A stretch of DNA of 64,000 bases from Acanthaster planci. Taxonomy: Eukaryota. Under the pieces are notes generated by a model. That model searched no databases, was not told the origin of the DNA, and was given only the letters and a program-made list of their open reading frames with translations. Below are positions 26,591-40,616 of the stretch, piece after piece; position 1 is the first letter of the stretch; the number at the start of each line of letters is the position of its first letter. The translations under genes and the position numbers were made by a program. The stretch is from assembly GCF_001949145.1 (NCBI RefSeq), contig NW_019091358.1:496961-560960 (forward strand), given 5' to 3'.

Positions 26591-26837
26591 CCAGGGGCCA
26601 ATTTAATAGAGCTGCTAAGCACAAAATTTGCTTAAGCAGGAAAAATCCTTGCTAGACAAATCACGTTACCAGCCAAAACTCCATGTGATATATGTTATTT
26701 TGGAAGGGTATTCACCTGTCGCTTGGTTAGCATGCCAGTCACATAGATTTTGAGCTGGCAACCTTTCTTTTTAAGCAAGGATTTTTTTTGCTTAAGCAAA
26801 TTTTGTGCTTAAGCAGCTCTATGAAATTGGCCCCTGG
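26591..26837. mobile_element. Young MITE with about 70-bp TIRs, CWG-flanked (PIF/Harbinger-like)
   Basis: ccaggggccaatttaatagagctgctaagcacaaaatttgcttaagca..aaaatccttgct versus agcaaggatttt..tgcttaagcaaattttgtgcttaagcagctctatgaaattggcccctgg. Confidence 0.9.
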
Positions 26838-29073
26838 CCAGGGTGGATAATTCATCTCACAGATGACAGTAGAGATTGAAGGAGAAGTACTGTACATGTA
26901 TTATTACATTGTAATTACAAAAGATTTTGTAATTTCTGTACATGTACATGTACCTTTGAATGTTTTCCTCATGGAAAGTGAATGAACCTTACAGTTTGGC
27001 TTTAACAGTGCAGGCTATAAGCCCGTTGCGTGCACCTGTTCTGTATTGGGTAATATTCACTTTCCTAATGTCCTATTACTGTTTGGCTGCGCTGCTTTTG
27101 TTCACCTGCCCATGATTGATGAGTCTTCCTAGGTGTAGTTCCCAGCTAAGCCACAATGAACGCTGGAACAGAATATCTAGGACCTCACCAAGTATATGTA
27201 AGCTTGCTCTTGGCTTGCCTGGAGGGACAGTGAACTTCATTGAATTTCCCTTTCTTTCATGGACCCATCCGTATCTGTTGGAAATACAAGTTATCTCATT
27301 TAGTCCCAATAGTTCTCTCAGATTAGTTTGGGCAGTGAGAACTATCAATCGTGTTGGAGCATTGTGAAATATGTTTCCAATTTTAGCACACACATTGAGG
27401 GTCATGTATACTTTGAGTGGCAGTCACTGGACTGTAATACATTCATAAGGTAATAAATATGCGCTTGGCCAGTGTTCGTTAAAGAGTGGATCAGAAGAAT
27501 GGATGTTGATAATGCCTGAGCCAAATGCGAGGGACATTATCAGTGTCCATTCTCCTGAGCTGGTCTTAGTGTACCGAATTTATTCCCATTCATAAATACA
27601 GGTACCGTTTTAGCCACGAAGTCCAAACAGGTTTTAAAGATTATATATTTCCAAAGACTGTTCAAAAATTTTACTTTTTTTAAAAACGGCCCTCTAGCCG
27701 TGCTATGGAACATTCCTCTCATAAGTACTCATAAACAATCCTCCAATATGGAGATTGGTGCACGTGCATGGCACGTGCTGCACTCTCAACCGATAGGAAT
27801 GGAACTGTCTAACATCTAGGTGTTCGTGAATAACTGTTTTGTGTTACGTTTTGAGCTACATACCGGTACCCCGGTATGTACCGTATGTGTATTTTTGACA
27901 ACACCACAATAATCGCAAATGTTACATCAGTGAGTGATACAGATACAGCACAAGAGCCTACGTGTAGTTTGCTCTTTTAGTGTGGAAACTAGCACAAAAT
28001 CACTTTTGAAGCATCCTGGGTCTGGTCACTTATATTTGTAAATGGGAAGGTAGTAATCAGATGGGGGAAAAGTGCCATAACAGAGTCACAGTGCATGCCC
28101 AAATAAAAGAAAAAGACGGCTCAGTGTCACCCCTCTGCATCCGTGAGATGTTGCATGGATCAAGCACAGAGCGACCGGGGTATCAACTTTTATTTTACAT
28201 ATCACCCTCCTGTTTGTACATGTACATGAACATGCAGATCCGTTGTGCCAACACACGTACATGTATACATCGCTAAGCACTTGTAAGAGGATCTTCGCTT
28301 GGCTTAGCTACCGGTACTAGTATCTAGACTGCAACTTGTGGTAGGGCATCCTGGGAGTGGGTGGGATACCTGCAACCAGCAACAATTTTTATACCGGTAG
28401 GCTGTGATGTGGGATACAATGTTTTTGAGTTCTTTCAACGCCTTCAGGGATGCATAGCGCCAGGGATGTTTATAATATTTTGTTTGTGCATTCAGATAAA
28501 TACATACATACAGTGTAATATCTGAATGATGATCCACCAATCAAATGACAAATGGTGTATAAATAGCGGAAGCCAAACACTCAGGAAGGGCACCAGTCAC
28601 ATATTAACAGTGGTCTCTCAGTGGTTAGAGACTTTCTTGTATTCAGGTGTTTCCACACCCCAGAATGTTTAATATTTTTTTGAATAGGCATGCAGACTGT
28701 ATTTTGAATGAAATAGTAGCGCACTTCATGTTGTTACAAAGTTGTTATTCCCTTTTCCAGTCAAAAGTAGTCGGAGCAGTTACCTGCCAGTGTTTATGAC
28801 ATTAAAATGGCATTGAGTTTTATTTCCAAACCGAAATCACTCTCTGGTCTCAATGCAGTTATTACCTCCACACTGAGACGTGCGAGGAACACAGCGGAGA
28901 GCTCAAGGCACTTGATGTTAACTTCTTGGCCCCTTTACTGTGCTTTGTGCCAATATTAATTCCCATTTTGATACATTTGCTGTTCAAATAGAATACAGCC
29001 TTACATTTGCCGTATACAGCGTACATCCGTTTGTGTACATCAAGAACGTTAGGTGGACATTGAGAATTCCGTG

Positions 29074-29203
29074 AATAAAACAGATTAGGTAGAAATAACA
29101 CCGGAATATTAGATGAACACAGTGAATCATGTGAGATTTTATCCAGGGGATTGGGCATGTCAATAAAACATCAGGTGGAAATATCTCTAGAATATTAGGT
29201 GAA
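29074..29203. repeat. Diverged direct repeat of about 43 bp, period about 88 bp
   Basis: aataaaacagattaggtagaaataacaccggaatattagatgaa versus aataaaacatcaggtggaaatatctctagaatattaggtgaa. Probably part of a TE. Confidence 0.6.
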
Positions 29204-29648
29204 GCAGGCAAGCTAATTTTTTTACATGTACTGGTGCATGTACCGGTACATTGTATCTATAAGGAGAGAGAGACTTGTGCCTCAGTGCTTGATGAAATAA
29301 TGATGTTGATTTTTCTCATACCTGATGAACTTCGACATTTTTAGGGGTCTACTGCATGAAGACCACCAGTGTACAGGCTGTGAAAACTACGAATCCTTCC
29401 CCTCCTACACTGTTTCTCAGATGAAATCAACTGCGACTTACAGGCACTTTAGCACTTAGTGACATCTGGACAGACTTGTCGGAGGAGCTATTCTGCTAAT
29501 CAGCCTTTGCCTTGTTTTTCGTACCAACTCTTCCATTTTGAAGCATCAGCCTTACGTGGCAGCCCAGGTTTTGAAGCAAAGGTTGCATCTGAATTTCTTG
29601 GTGACTGATGAACTTATGGGAGCTGTCACTCCTACATGTACGTCCATT

Positions 29649-30173
29649 CATGGACCATTTACCCAGGGATATGTGTAACTTAAGCTCAGAGCTGGTTCAG
29701 TGCGTGTTACGGTCGGCACAATATCAAAGCAGAAATTAAATTGGATCATGTAACGCTTTCTCTAATAATAAAACATGTATTCCTATCTACCACTTTGTTT
29801 TCTTGTAATATTTTTAAGTCAGAGTACACCCTTTATAAAAATATGCTGCTCAAGATATTTCTTCCTATCCAAAATTGGGGAATTTTGCCTCATTAAAACT
29901 TTCTTTCTCCTTGAAATCGATAAATGAAGAAGATTTATTCGTCAATACGAATAGATTTAAGCACCGCGTCATCTCGGCATAACCACGGCTGCACTGTACC
30001 GGTACATGCTGCATGCTGCAACGTGTGCCATGTGGTCGCGAGTTTTCTCGAGAAAAGTCGAGAGCCCCTGCAAGGGTAATAATAACAATCCGTAACACGC
30101 ATGGAACCAGGATCGCACGTGTGTTTGCACTGGGGCGGCTCGTGGTTGCACATCCCTGGGTAAATGGTCCGTG
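29649..30173. mobile_element. MITE with CA..TG ends and a perfect 7-bp TSD (P/Galileo-superfamily-like)
   Basis: TIR catggaccatttacccagggat / atccctgggtaaatggtccgtg, with an inner arm ctggttc..tgcgtgttacgg / ccgtaacacgcatggaaccag. GTCCATT directly flanks both ends (29642-29648 and 30174-30180). Confidence 0.85.
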
Positions 30174-33100
30174 GTCCATTTAACATAGACTCGTGTGTTG
30201 TGGCTAGCTGTAGCCATTTAATTCGGCCATGGCCAGAACTTTACTGTTTACAGATGAGCATATTGAGCTTCATGTACATGTACCTGTATTGCAGTTTAAT
30301 TAAATTGTGTTTAAGACAATTACCTGATCAGACAGTCCCCTCTTGCAAACAAGACAAAAAAATACTGTGTTCTGTGGTCACAGTTTTATATTTTACCCAG
30401 ACCTTTTCCAGCAGTGCTCTTTATATGTTTAAAACCTTGGAGAGTGACAAACATCATCCTGATAAACTCCCACACCCTTGTCGTGCTTTTTTTTAATGCA
30501 AGATGATTAATTTATGCCCTCCCGGTCCATTTTCTTTTGCCTCTCACACATGACATTACAGGTACATGTACATGTACAAGTGTACACGTACCGTACATGT
30601 AATGACTTTGAACATGTACAATGTAGACCCGGTAACATGCCACTGCATTTCTAAGGTTGCATTTGTCGTGGGGCTGGTCCATTAGTCCGATCAGCCTTTC
30701 TACATCCATTAGGGAATGCTCCTATAATCATCATTTCCTGTTCAGAATGATATCAGAATTCCACGATATTGGTTCACCGCAGTTCTCCAAACTGGTTTTA
30801 GCAGGAGGCCGTTGCCAGTCATAACAGGCCATTACTAAAACACTGATTAAATTGGGACCAATTAAAATGCTATCAGGCAACCAGAGCACATGGTCGCTTG
30901 GCTTCGGGGGCGTGTTTGTAATGTTTCCTCTTTGATTGATACAAAATGGAAAGTACATGTATGCTAGCATGTTCCACATGGTGAAATGAAGTCATATGAT
31001 ATAGACAGCCTCTGCCCCCTGTGCCTTTGTGGCTCTGGTCCACATGATGGTTGAAGTTGGAAGCATTCAACTTGACAGCAATTTACACTGTCTATCATGT
31101 AAGCTCGTATAAGTGAATCCGAATGCAGTCGTGTTATGCAAGACATGTACCTGTTACAAGCTACATGTAGAGTTCTTGAGAGACAGTACACATGTATATA
31201 CACTGTACCTGTAATGCATTTGCATGTGCATTGTTTTATAATGACGGTTGAGAGAATGTGAATTGCTTGTGTACAAGCATGGGAGAGCGTGAAGCCCCTG
31301 TAATGTACAGCAATCCAATGCCTTTCTGTTCAGTACTTCAACAGAATGGGCACTACCCAAAAAACTTACCCCTACAGATTTTTTTGTTTTCCCATGACAA
31401 AGAATACTTCATAGGTAAGAATGTAATTGTTCTACTGTATATATTTATCTAATATCAGCACCAAAACCCTAAGAGAACAACACCATGAAATGAAAGCAAG
31501 GATGTTGGGACCGCGAGTAAGGATTTGATACATTTTTCTCCCCCCAGCATCATGTTGATTAAGCCCGAAGCTGGTGTCTTCGCTGTTGCTCTGCCTGGAT
31601 GCATGAAAAAAAGTACCCGTCAATAGTTGGACAGACGCTGCAGGTTTCGTGATGTCATTTGCAAATATGGATTTCATCATTTTACATTTTGATGGTACTT
31701 CTGCTGTAAATGATTTAACCAAAATTTAAAAATCACGAATGAGGTTTTAGGAATGATTTGGTTTCTGGTGACATATGCAAAGAATTCAGGAATCTGATGA
31801 AAAAATATGAAATCTCTTTTGCAATTTTACCCTTTACTTTCATAAAAGAGCATTTCAAGTGAAGTCCATAATCCCATGATCCATTTCCTTCTCTGGTCCT
31901 TGCTTTCACTAAAATGAATCCTCAGAAAGATTTATTCTGGGTGGAAAAAGGGTTGAGAAAATAAAGCGATGCTTTCAACTGCTTCCAACTGCTTCCAACG
32001 TACTGTATGGGATGGCTCTTACTTAAGCTTGCCGACATTACATGTACATGAATACATGCGTCTTGGCATCTGTAACCTTTGTATGATGGAAAAAAAAATG
32101 CTGAAGATAGGCTGAAACATGAACCTCTCCAGTTCTCCCACCCCCCGCCCAACCAACCAACCAACCAAAAACAAAATAAATAAATAAAAAAATAGCCCTC
32201 TTGAAAGCTTAGAAACCTTGACTTGTTCTTATACTGAGCTAGCTCCCATTTGACTCAGCAATTGTAAATATAATGTGTAATTGTGTATGGACAGTACATG
32301 TACTGGGATGACATTCTGCACCTGCAAAGTGGTTGTGCATGAGCTGGGCATTGGCAGTACTGTTGAGGTGTTACAGCGCCCTCTCTTGGCGCTCCCCAAA
32401 CAGCATACTGTTTTTTATCTGCTTTGTGTGTACTGTGTAATCACTGTGAGTTTCACAGAGTATTCCCATTGCCCAGTTATCAGGTCTTTGAGTGCATGCA
32501 GTTAGATATGGTATAACTTGGAATTGTAAGTGATTGCTAATGAGCCTTGAGTGGGTCTGGGTGCGGGTATTTTGGGTCTTCACTTTGATTACGGGTTTTT
32601 GCCCTTACATCGATGTAGGTAAATTTACTATAAAATCAACATCTTCCTGACGCAAAATACAGCTTGAAATATTCTGGGTCCGTTTTGGAAATGTCTTATT
32701 GCATGTGGCAAAATTGGGAATTAAAATAAAAATTCCTGATCGTGCGGTAAAGGTTAATGGTCATCAGTGTTCATGTTGGTTGAAATTTTGCTTTTGAGAA
32801 TGGTTTAATAAACAGTTGCATGATTTTCACTTTTCCGTGGTCGTTGAACCCGGTGTGCCATTTGACTTTAACCATTTGCTGACTGTGTGCGTAACTTCAC
32901 AAAGAAATAACCTTATACATGTACAGTCGGCACATTGTTTTTGGAGACTTGGGTCTTCAGAAGCCTCAGGGTTTTTGAAAGGACAAGATAATGTACATAT
33001 ATACCGCTACCGTAGCAACTTTGTAGGACTAAATGTGACACTACAGCCACTGAATTTAGAAAGGGTACTTTGTGCAATATATGTCTTTTACTGTGATTTC

Positions 33101-33865
33101 CTAGTGATAGTTGCATTAATAGTAAGCCAGGGCACAGAGCTACGGGGGGTACATGTAGTGATTTGGGGCAAGCTTTTACTTAGTTACTATACATAACAGA
33201 CGCCTTGTAACAATGCACCTTTTTCAGTGGATAAGGGTACAAAGGAACCAGTCCATTCCACAGATGTTAGTCGCTATGGTAGATTTTATTCAAATTAGAC
33301 TCACAAAAGGCTTATTGTTGACTGCTGTGATGTGGGATATGACGTTTTGAAAACCCAATTGATGCATAGTGCCCGAAGCCAAGCGAAGGGTGCCATGTGT
33401 AATTGTTTTTGAGGGGCCTTAAAATTTAGACGTTTTTATATAACCTTTCATGGTCTTTCTGAAGGATGAGGCTACATTTAGGAGCTTTTCACATTTTTGG
33501 GAGGAAAGCCTGTACAGTGTTGTACATGAAACACACCAAAAATCGTTTAATTAAAGAGGAAAAAAATGGTTACCTGTCCTTTCTCCCCTCCCGTGATTTG
33601 CCAGTAATAGGGTTAGAGGTTGATTGTTATTAATCGTACCAGTAACTTGTATGCTGATTGCAACTGCTCCCTCTTACTTGTAATCATATAACCATTACTT
33701 ATACAAGTACAGTGTACCTTAATCCCAAATACTCCTTGATCCTCAAAATATCCATGTAAAACACAGTGGTGCAGTGTGATGGGTGTGGGACCTTTAATGT
33801 ATGGTACATGTAGGGACTGTTGGTGGCAGTGTATGTTTATTTTGTCGGGATTGTCTGTCCACCAG

Positions 33866-33975
33866 GTTCCCCAGCAGACCGATCTGACTTAGACATCGGA
33901 GATGAGATCTTAGAGGTTAATGGCAAGTCGCTACACAATGCTTCCCATTCTGAGGTCATCAGTCACATTCACCAG
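33866..33975 (+). CDS. MPP5: Coding exon 2: (G)SPADRSDLDIGDEILEVNGKSLHNASHSEVISHIHQ, PDZ core
   Basis: Clear PDZ signature GSPA..L..GD.IL.VNG..L....H.EV...I. Acceptor tgtccaccag|; donor CAG|GCAAGT (GC type). Confidence 0.92.
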
Positions 33976-34692
33976 GCAAGTTGCTGGCATGATGGTTCCC
34001 TGTGCTGTCCTTTTATCCATTTAATTTCTGATTCTTTGTAGGAATCAGTTTGTACTCGTGTTTCAAGAAACTGTTTTTAATTTTTGGTGGTTTTTTATCT
34101 ACAATGGGGAAAAATGCTTTTTTTTTACAAAATGGTTTCATCCACATGTACATGGGGCTGCATGCTCTCATACTTGATTAAGACCCATACATTTGACGGT
34201 ATTCTCACACTCGTTACTCAACCTTACTCTCCGACAAACTGCAGATTTATTTTTCTTTCTTGGTATGGGTGTGTAAAAACAAAAATGATGTAAATATGTC
34301 TCTGTGGTTTGCATGCAGCATGAGGATGTTGAGAAAGCTGCATGTAGTTGACAGACTGGCATGTGACCGTCTACTTTTGGCAAATTTTTCATTGTGACTT
34401 TGATTGTTGGCACTTAAGGAGAACCTAGCACCTACCATTAACAGATGAGATTTAACCAAGTGTGAATGGTGTCCACACCAGAAACTCAGCATTAGTTTTC
34501 TTTTGCCATAATATCTGTAGCTCAACAGCAACTTGTGATAGCTATTCCCCTGTGGTTGCTCACAAGAAATACCAGAATGTTGGAATGAACACGTTTGTTC
34601 AAGTATTCTTGAAGCAAATAATTCTTCAAGTCAATGTGCCCCAGTTGCGTACGTGTACTGTTTCTAACACATTCTTTGTTTCCATATTATAG

Positions 34693-34750
34693 TGCGTACG
34701 GTCACGGACAATTTCACTGCGTGTCAGGAGAAGAATTGGCCTCTCTGGAG
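34693..34750 (+). CDS. MPP5: Coding exon 3: CVRSRTISLRVRRRIGLSG(G), last PDZ beta-strand
   Basis: Pyrimidine tract plus TAG acceptor at 34690-34692 and GAG|GTAAGA donor. TISLRVRR is a typical PDZ betaF. Phase 0 to 1 links exons 2 and 4. Confidence 0.88.
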
Positions 34751-36120
34751 GTAAGAATATTTTGAATAACTGTTCCAATCACTCAGTTAACAGTATCATG
34801 GATGTAAGGTGCCTCGAGAGAGTTAGTTGGTGTACAGGTTGTTAGCAATCATTTGAGTGACATCACCTAAAGGAAGGATGGTTGGACTTCTCTGCTAGCT
34901 ATGTGGATTGGCCTGTTTGGCATGGCTTTGTTGTTGGTTTGTTTTATAATGAAAGTACAGAGGATTGGAAGCCACTGAAAAGGAAACCTCGTTGCATGAG
35001 ATGCCAGCAGCTGCAAAAGCAGGGAGAGATGTAGTCTGCAGAACGCGTGAATGGAGGCTGAATTGTGCAATTGTGGTTTGACCAGGGCTGTTGATGCAGG
35101 AAGGGACCACCCCGAGCATCGGCAAAGAAACAACCTTGACAAATGATCGAACCACCATTCAGTGTTGTGATAGGAATTTCTTAAAGACTCATTCCACCCC
35201 AAAATACCCTTCATTGACCTTTGGGAAATTCCATGCATATGAAGTTATATATGTGACCACTTACATCATCCCAGCTCTGTGTTTACATTTCTGGGAATGC
35301 ATCAGAAACCACCATGTTTGACCATGGTTTGGTTTGACTCAAAGCATTTTTATCTTTGCCGCAAAACTTTACTGCTGTTTGACTTTACAACCAGGTACAT
35401 ATCTGTGACTGACTTGTCAAGGTGTGTGGGCATGTGTACAATGTACATGGTACATGTACTTTGAAAATGCTTCACAAAAAATCAATTTATTACAGCTTGG
35501 AAAGTAAGGAAAGAGAAAAAGCAAAAGCTGTCCTTGATAATTGAGGGGTAGAGGTACACATGTGCATGTACACTGGCCTCTTCTTGGTAAATTGACGCGC
35601 TGGAGCATTTGATTTTAAAGGCATTGCACATGGCTCACTTTGAATGTTATCTACCCATACTAGTAACTACTTCGTGTACATGCACCACACTTCTGGGCCA
35701 GTGGCCAGGTTCCTTCTACAGATACCCAAGGGAGGAATGTGTTCATTGAGCCTGGGATTAGTGGCCAGCACCCCTGTAGCAGAGTGATACGACCTAAGCT
35801 CCCCCCCCCTTTCACCAACTGGCCAAGTTTAAAAGGATTAGGTCCCTCCATGTGCGTGCTTGTTTGGAAACGGTTTCATTTGAAGTATCATTGGCTTTCA
35901 GTTTTCCAGTGTGGTGTTTCTTGTCACTGATGTTGGTTCAGTTATGAAAACTGGAGCAAGACACTTAGCACTATATCTACCGTGCACACCCAAGTTGCCC
36001 CCGGGAAGGTCTTTTAGTAGCTGGTGGGTCAACACTCAAGCGATATGCTTTATGATCTTGATCTGTTTATTGTTGTTCGTCCAGAAGCACATTCAGAGCC
36101 AATTACAGGATATTGACATG

Positions 36121-36329
36121 TAGGAGTGACAATGAAGAAGTCAGTTAAATGATGGAATGTTTGCTTGAAACATTTGGAGGAAAACCCTGGATAAATATTT
36201 CAGGGGAAACCCACAGAATCAGGGAGGGACTGAAAACCCAATCCGCATGTCGACCTAGGTGCAGTTTGAACCTCAGGGCTGCAAAGGTGAAAGGTAAGGA
36301 AAGAGCCACTATGCCAAGCCAACCTGACT
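36121..36329 (-). mobile_element. tRNA-derived SINE, diverged copy (minus strand)
   Basis: The reverse complement aligns by eye with 40340-40530 (ttggcatagtgg A box, degraded B box, cagtccct..ctgattctgtgggtttc..gggttttcctcc). Confidence 0.75.
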
Positions 36330-38856
36330 CCCGTCGTCTGTCTCTCTTTAAAATTGATGAACTCCCAGAAACAAAGGTGATCCAAGTCGGGCATTGCAAA
36401 TAATTATGAGAAGGGGAAGGTGCACAGGATTTGGTTGTGCACCCGTAAACCACATGTTCATTGATTTAGACTACTGGTGTAAAACAGATTCTCACAGTGT
36501 GCTGTATTCATGCTTTGATTTGGTTCAACTGACAATTGAAAGGGAGTTGAACCTGTCACCACGAGATTGTTGTACAGGCTCTCTACTAACCAAACCATCC
36601 ATCCAGCCCATTTATTGGATGTACTAGTACCTATCTCGGTACCTCTTGCACTCACCTCTGTATTAAGGTGACCTGCTGAATGGGTCACCATTAGAGAAGT
36701 GTCCCACAGTCCAGTGCAGACACTTCAGTGACTTTGTAGTCAAACATTGTGAAGGAAATTTGGCACAATTGTTAATAAATTAGAAATACTGTATGGTTGA
36801 ATGTATAGTGGCAAATCGGCTCAAGTCAACTATAAGTAGGTTTTATGAAAGAAAGGCAAGAAATGTGTGTTTGGATGTTTGCTGCTTTCGACTGTTCAGA
36901 TTCATTTTGCAAAATTAATAGATGTATGACCGCTTGACCTTGTCAGGCACTTGAAATTACTCAAGATCGTTGGTTTGTTAGTACTACAAACACATGTTGT
37001 GCATGATTGCCTAAACCTACCAGTAACTCTCACATTTACAGTATGTGTTCAGAGCCGTTAGGACTTTTGGAAAAAAAATTCTGCATGGTGGCTTTTTTGT
37101 AGCAACATCAGTCTTATCATGCCCGAAGGCAGCTTATCAGTAAAAGTTGAAATTCTGTTACAGGGATAAGGACTTGTGCAGGCAGGTGTGCATTGATCCG
37201 CTAAGCAGAGAAGAACTTTTTTTGCAATCAATCTGTTAATATTGCATGCCTTATCCGCTTGTCTAAAACAGAATGAAGGTCTGTCCGTATAAATGTTCAT
37301 GCCTCTGTGAACAAAATGTTCCCACTTTGACCTCCCCTTTTCCCTCAAATTTCTGTTGAAAAAGTTGACTAACAGAGACCCATGGCTTTAATAGCCTGCT
37401 CACTGCTTGTTCAGGTATGTATTATTAGTCATGTAATTTATCTGACAACTTTGTGATAGCTTTATACCCTCTGCACTTAGTAATGTCAGTCGAGCTTTTC
37501 CTTGATATGTCAAACACTTGTTATAATACCTTGAGGTATACTGTACAAGTATTCAAAGCTACACTATCAATTGTGCCTTGAAGCACAAGATTTGGCAGAT
37601 GTTTTTCTATTGATTTACAATTTATTAGGTAAAAAGTTCTAGGAATTCTGTCCAAGATTCAAGCTCACACAAGTACACTGTAATATAGTGCAACTGTAAA
37701 GTGAAAGTTACATGTACAGGTACAGGCTTGTGATGGTTGGACCTCAGAACCCCTGGGGGTCATTTTTTGGTCAGCTTTCTGCCCTGTTATGAAAGTGGAA
37801 GTGCTAGGTCTTGCCGTGGTTATTATTTGTCAGCCCAGCCTGTCACAGTGGCTCACAAGTTTTTTCTCTGTTCCACTCCTTAGTTTGTACTACTGTGGTT
37901 GTGAGAAGATATTTTTCCTCCGCAGTCTTCCAAAACCCACTCCACCTTAGCACTTGGAAGCAGCCCCCCCCCCAATCATGGTTCAATGCCCCTCAATGTT
38001 TACCCATCACAACAACCATTGTGAGCAACCTTTTTGTACAACCTCTTTGTACAGTGGTATCACCCAAGAGGTCAAGAATGCCAGGAATGTTTGGTGTACA
38101 TTTGGGGGGATCAGGCAGTTGGATGGCTGGCGCCCATCGCATTCATTGATTAGGGATGCCCACTTTGTGAAGTGTGGGGGCCGGTGATCCACCTTGTGTG
38201 TGTCAATCCACTGCACAACCACCAAGCACTGATTTTTTCTTCACTGTGCTGAGAAGTACTGTATGTGTACATGTACATGTACAGTTGTACAGTGTGGGCA
38301 TTGAGTGAAGGCCAAATTACTATGAATAGAACTGCCTGTTGCTGGCATGATGCATTTGTAAGGCATTTCTGTGGCCTGATTGTTATGGGATAGTAGGAGT
38401 ACTCCTACTGCCTGTCATTGTGCAGGCATGTCTTTATTGTGCTCAGTTATGCATTGACGTTCTGTGGATTTATAATATGCTGGTCAAAATGGTGGCAGTT
38501 TGAGTATGGCACCTTTGACAGAGAGTTAGAACGTTTGAATTGGTGAGTACAAGTACTTTTAAAAACATGAATAACCATGATAACCAGGGTCTAGCACATG
38601 TACATGTGTACAGTGGTACAGTACACGTATGTCATTTTTTGGTAAAATTTTGGCATTTAAATATCATCATGTCTGTTGTGGACGTTGAACGCATGCTGTA
38701 CATGCATGGATGCACTGTAATTCATCATCTGTGGGAACAATATGCTGTCCATTAGTGTTGAATGCACATGTATGTATCAGAATAAGTCATGTACGTGTAA
38801 GTGGACCATTCACCTACATGTGCCAGTCTTTTTTATTCCTCCATGATTCATCCTAA

Positions 38857-39272
38857 CGTGACCTGTCACCACAAAATGAGCTGAAAGTCGAATTTTTAAA
38901 AAAATTCAGATAATGGTTTATTTGAATTAAGTAGAAAGAGAGCTTTCTAATGGTATGGACATGAAAATATTATGGTAAAAGTATAAGGTGACAGTGTGAC
39001 ATTCTGGCAGCTTTGCGTCTTTGTTTCCGATATTGTTTCAACATGTCTGACCAGGCACGAATGATACTGTCATCAAAATTGCTAAACAAATGAAATTTTT
39101 AAATATTTGATCCTGTGAAATACATGTATTTGGAATTAAAACAAGAGCCAGGTTACTCTTCACAAATATTACAAAACCAAAAAATTGACCTCCACCTCAA
39201 TATGACTTTGAATCCTGAAAATAGGAAACAGCAGGATGTGACTTTACGCTCATTTTGTCGTGACGGGTCACA
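38857..39272. mobile_element. TGTGACC..GGTCACA-type non-autonomous DNA transposon
   Basis: cgtgacctgtcaccacaaaatgagc versus gctcattttgtcgtgacgggtcaca (about 25-bp TIR), with TA at the right end. Confidence 0.8.
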
Positions 39273-40339
39273 TATTTGTCTTCCAGTATGTTTTCTCATA
39301 CATGTGCATGTACCGGTACATGTACATGCACTGTATGTGTACTTTATATGTACGTGTACCCCAGGGAGTGTAAACCAACTACATGTACATGCACTGTGGC
39401 CTAGCACTGGCAGAAATGGAGGACCATTTCGTGCCATTCATTGTCGGTCAATGTTATTGGTAATTAGGAAAGAATATGGAGGTCAAAGTGCCCCTCTGTT
39501 AGTGGTTTCCCAAGTATGAAAATGTTTCCTTTTCATGAAGATTGGAGAATCCAAAGTCCGCGATTTGAGTTTGATTTTGCACCATTTGTGCGCACCCTGT
39601 GTGATAATTTTCAACATTTGTACGTAAATACATGCATCTGTATGTTAGTGTAGGCCGTCTGATGCAAAATTAGTCCCAGTAGGTACTGGTATACAAGCAC
39701 AATGCGCTGATGAACTTTGTGAAACAAATACCGGCAGTTGAATGCATTACAGATTCTACCAGCCCATTTAAACCATGTACAGTAGGCCCTATACATTCAT
39801 GTATCAGGTTTATTCTGCAATAGACAAATGGCTTTTTGGGAGGGGGGTTGGCTGAATCCACAATATTTGGAACTTAATATATTTTAGAAAATGACCTTCC
39901 GGGTACATGTACTGGTATCAGTCCACATGGGGGGGGGGAGGAATTAGGTGAAATTCATAAAAATGAGACTGTGAAAATCTTACTAAAATTAATACTTTAA
40001 AAAAATTTAAACTAATCAAGAATATTGTACCGGTATATATTGTTGTGTACTTTGGCACAAATTTGCAAATGACGAGGAGAAACTCACATGTACATGTCCA
40101 CACATTACAGTCATGTGAGTTTCAGTTACCATATTTTTAATGTAGCATTTTCTATAAAAACATAAATTTTGATGATATACATGTACATCTGGGTTGCTTA
40201 AAGTGCATGGTGCATGAGTTACCGTTATCGTTGGCATGGCGTTTGAGAAGCTGCTAAAAGACTTCGTTAGGGTTTGAAATTTTGGATTGGACAGTTTCAC
40301 TACCCCGTATACTTCTTACAAAAAAAGTTGTACACGGTA

Positions 40340-40616
40340 CAGTCATGTTGGCATAATGTTTCTTTCCTCGTCTTCCACCTCTGCAGTCCGGGTTCGATTC
40401 CCAGCTCAGTCCACATGTGGACTGGGTTGTCAGTCCCTACCTGAATCCGTGGGTTTCACCCAGAATATTCCTCTGGGGTTTTCCTCCCACCTCTAAAACT
40501 GTAACAGCTTCTCATTGTCTCCTCTCTACTGGTTTCTTCAGGCCACAGTGCCTCTAGAGGGTGCTTTTGAGGAATCCTTGGTGCCATTACCAGAAGTTAT
40601 TAATAATAATAGTAAT
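40340..40616 (+). mobile_element. tRNA-derived SINE, near full length
   Basis: A-box-like TGGCATAATG, B box GGTTCGATTCC at 40391-40401, body ggggttttcctcccac and a (TAA)n tail. Two further copies occur in the window. Confidence 0.85.

Noticed and set aside
33820..34041. ORF-track 73-aa PDZ mini-protein as a standalone gene
   Set aside because: Only 33866-33975 is PDZ-like. The flanks are intronic with clear splice signals, and the start codon is not ATG.
40340..40410. tRNA gene suggested by the GGTTCGATTCC T-loop
   Set aside because: No complete cloverleaf; it continues into a repeated body and TAA tail, so it is a SINE head.
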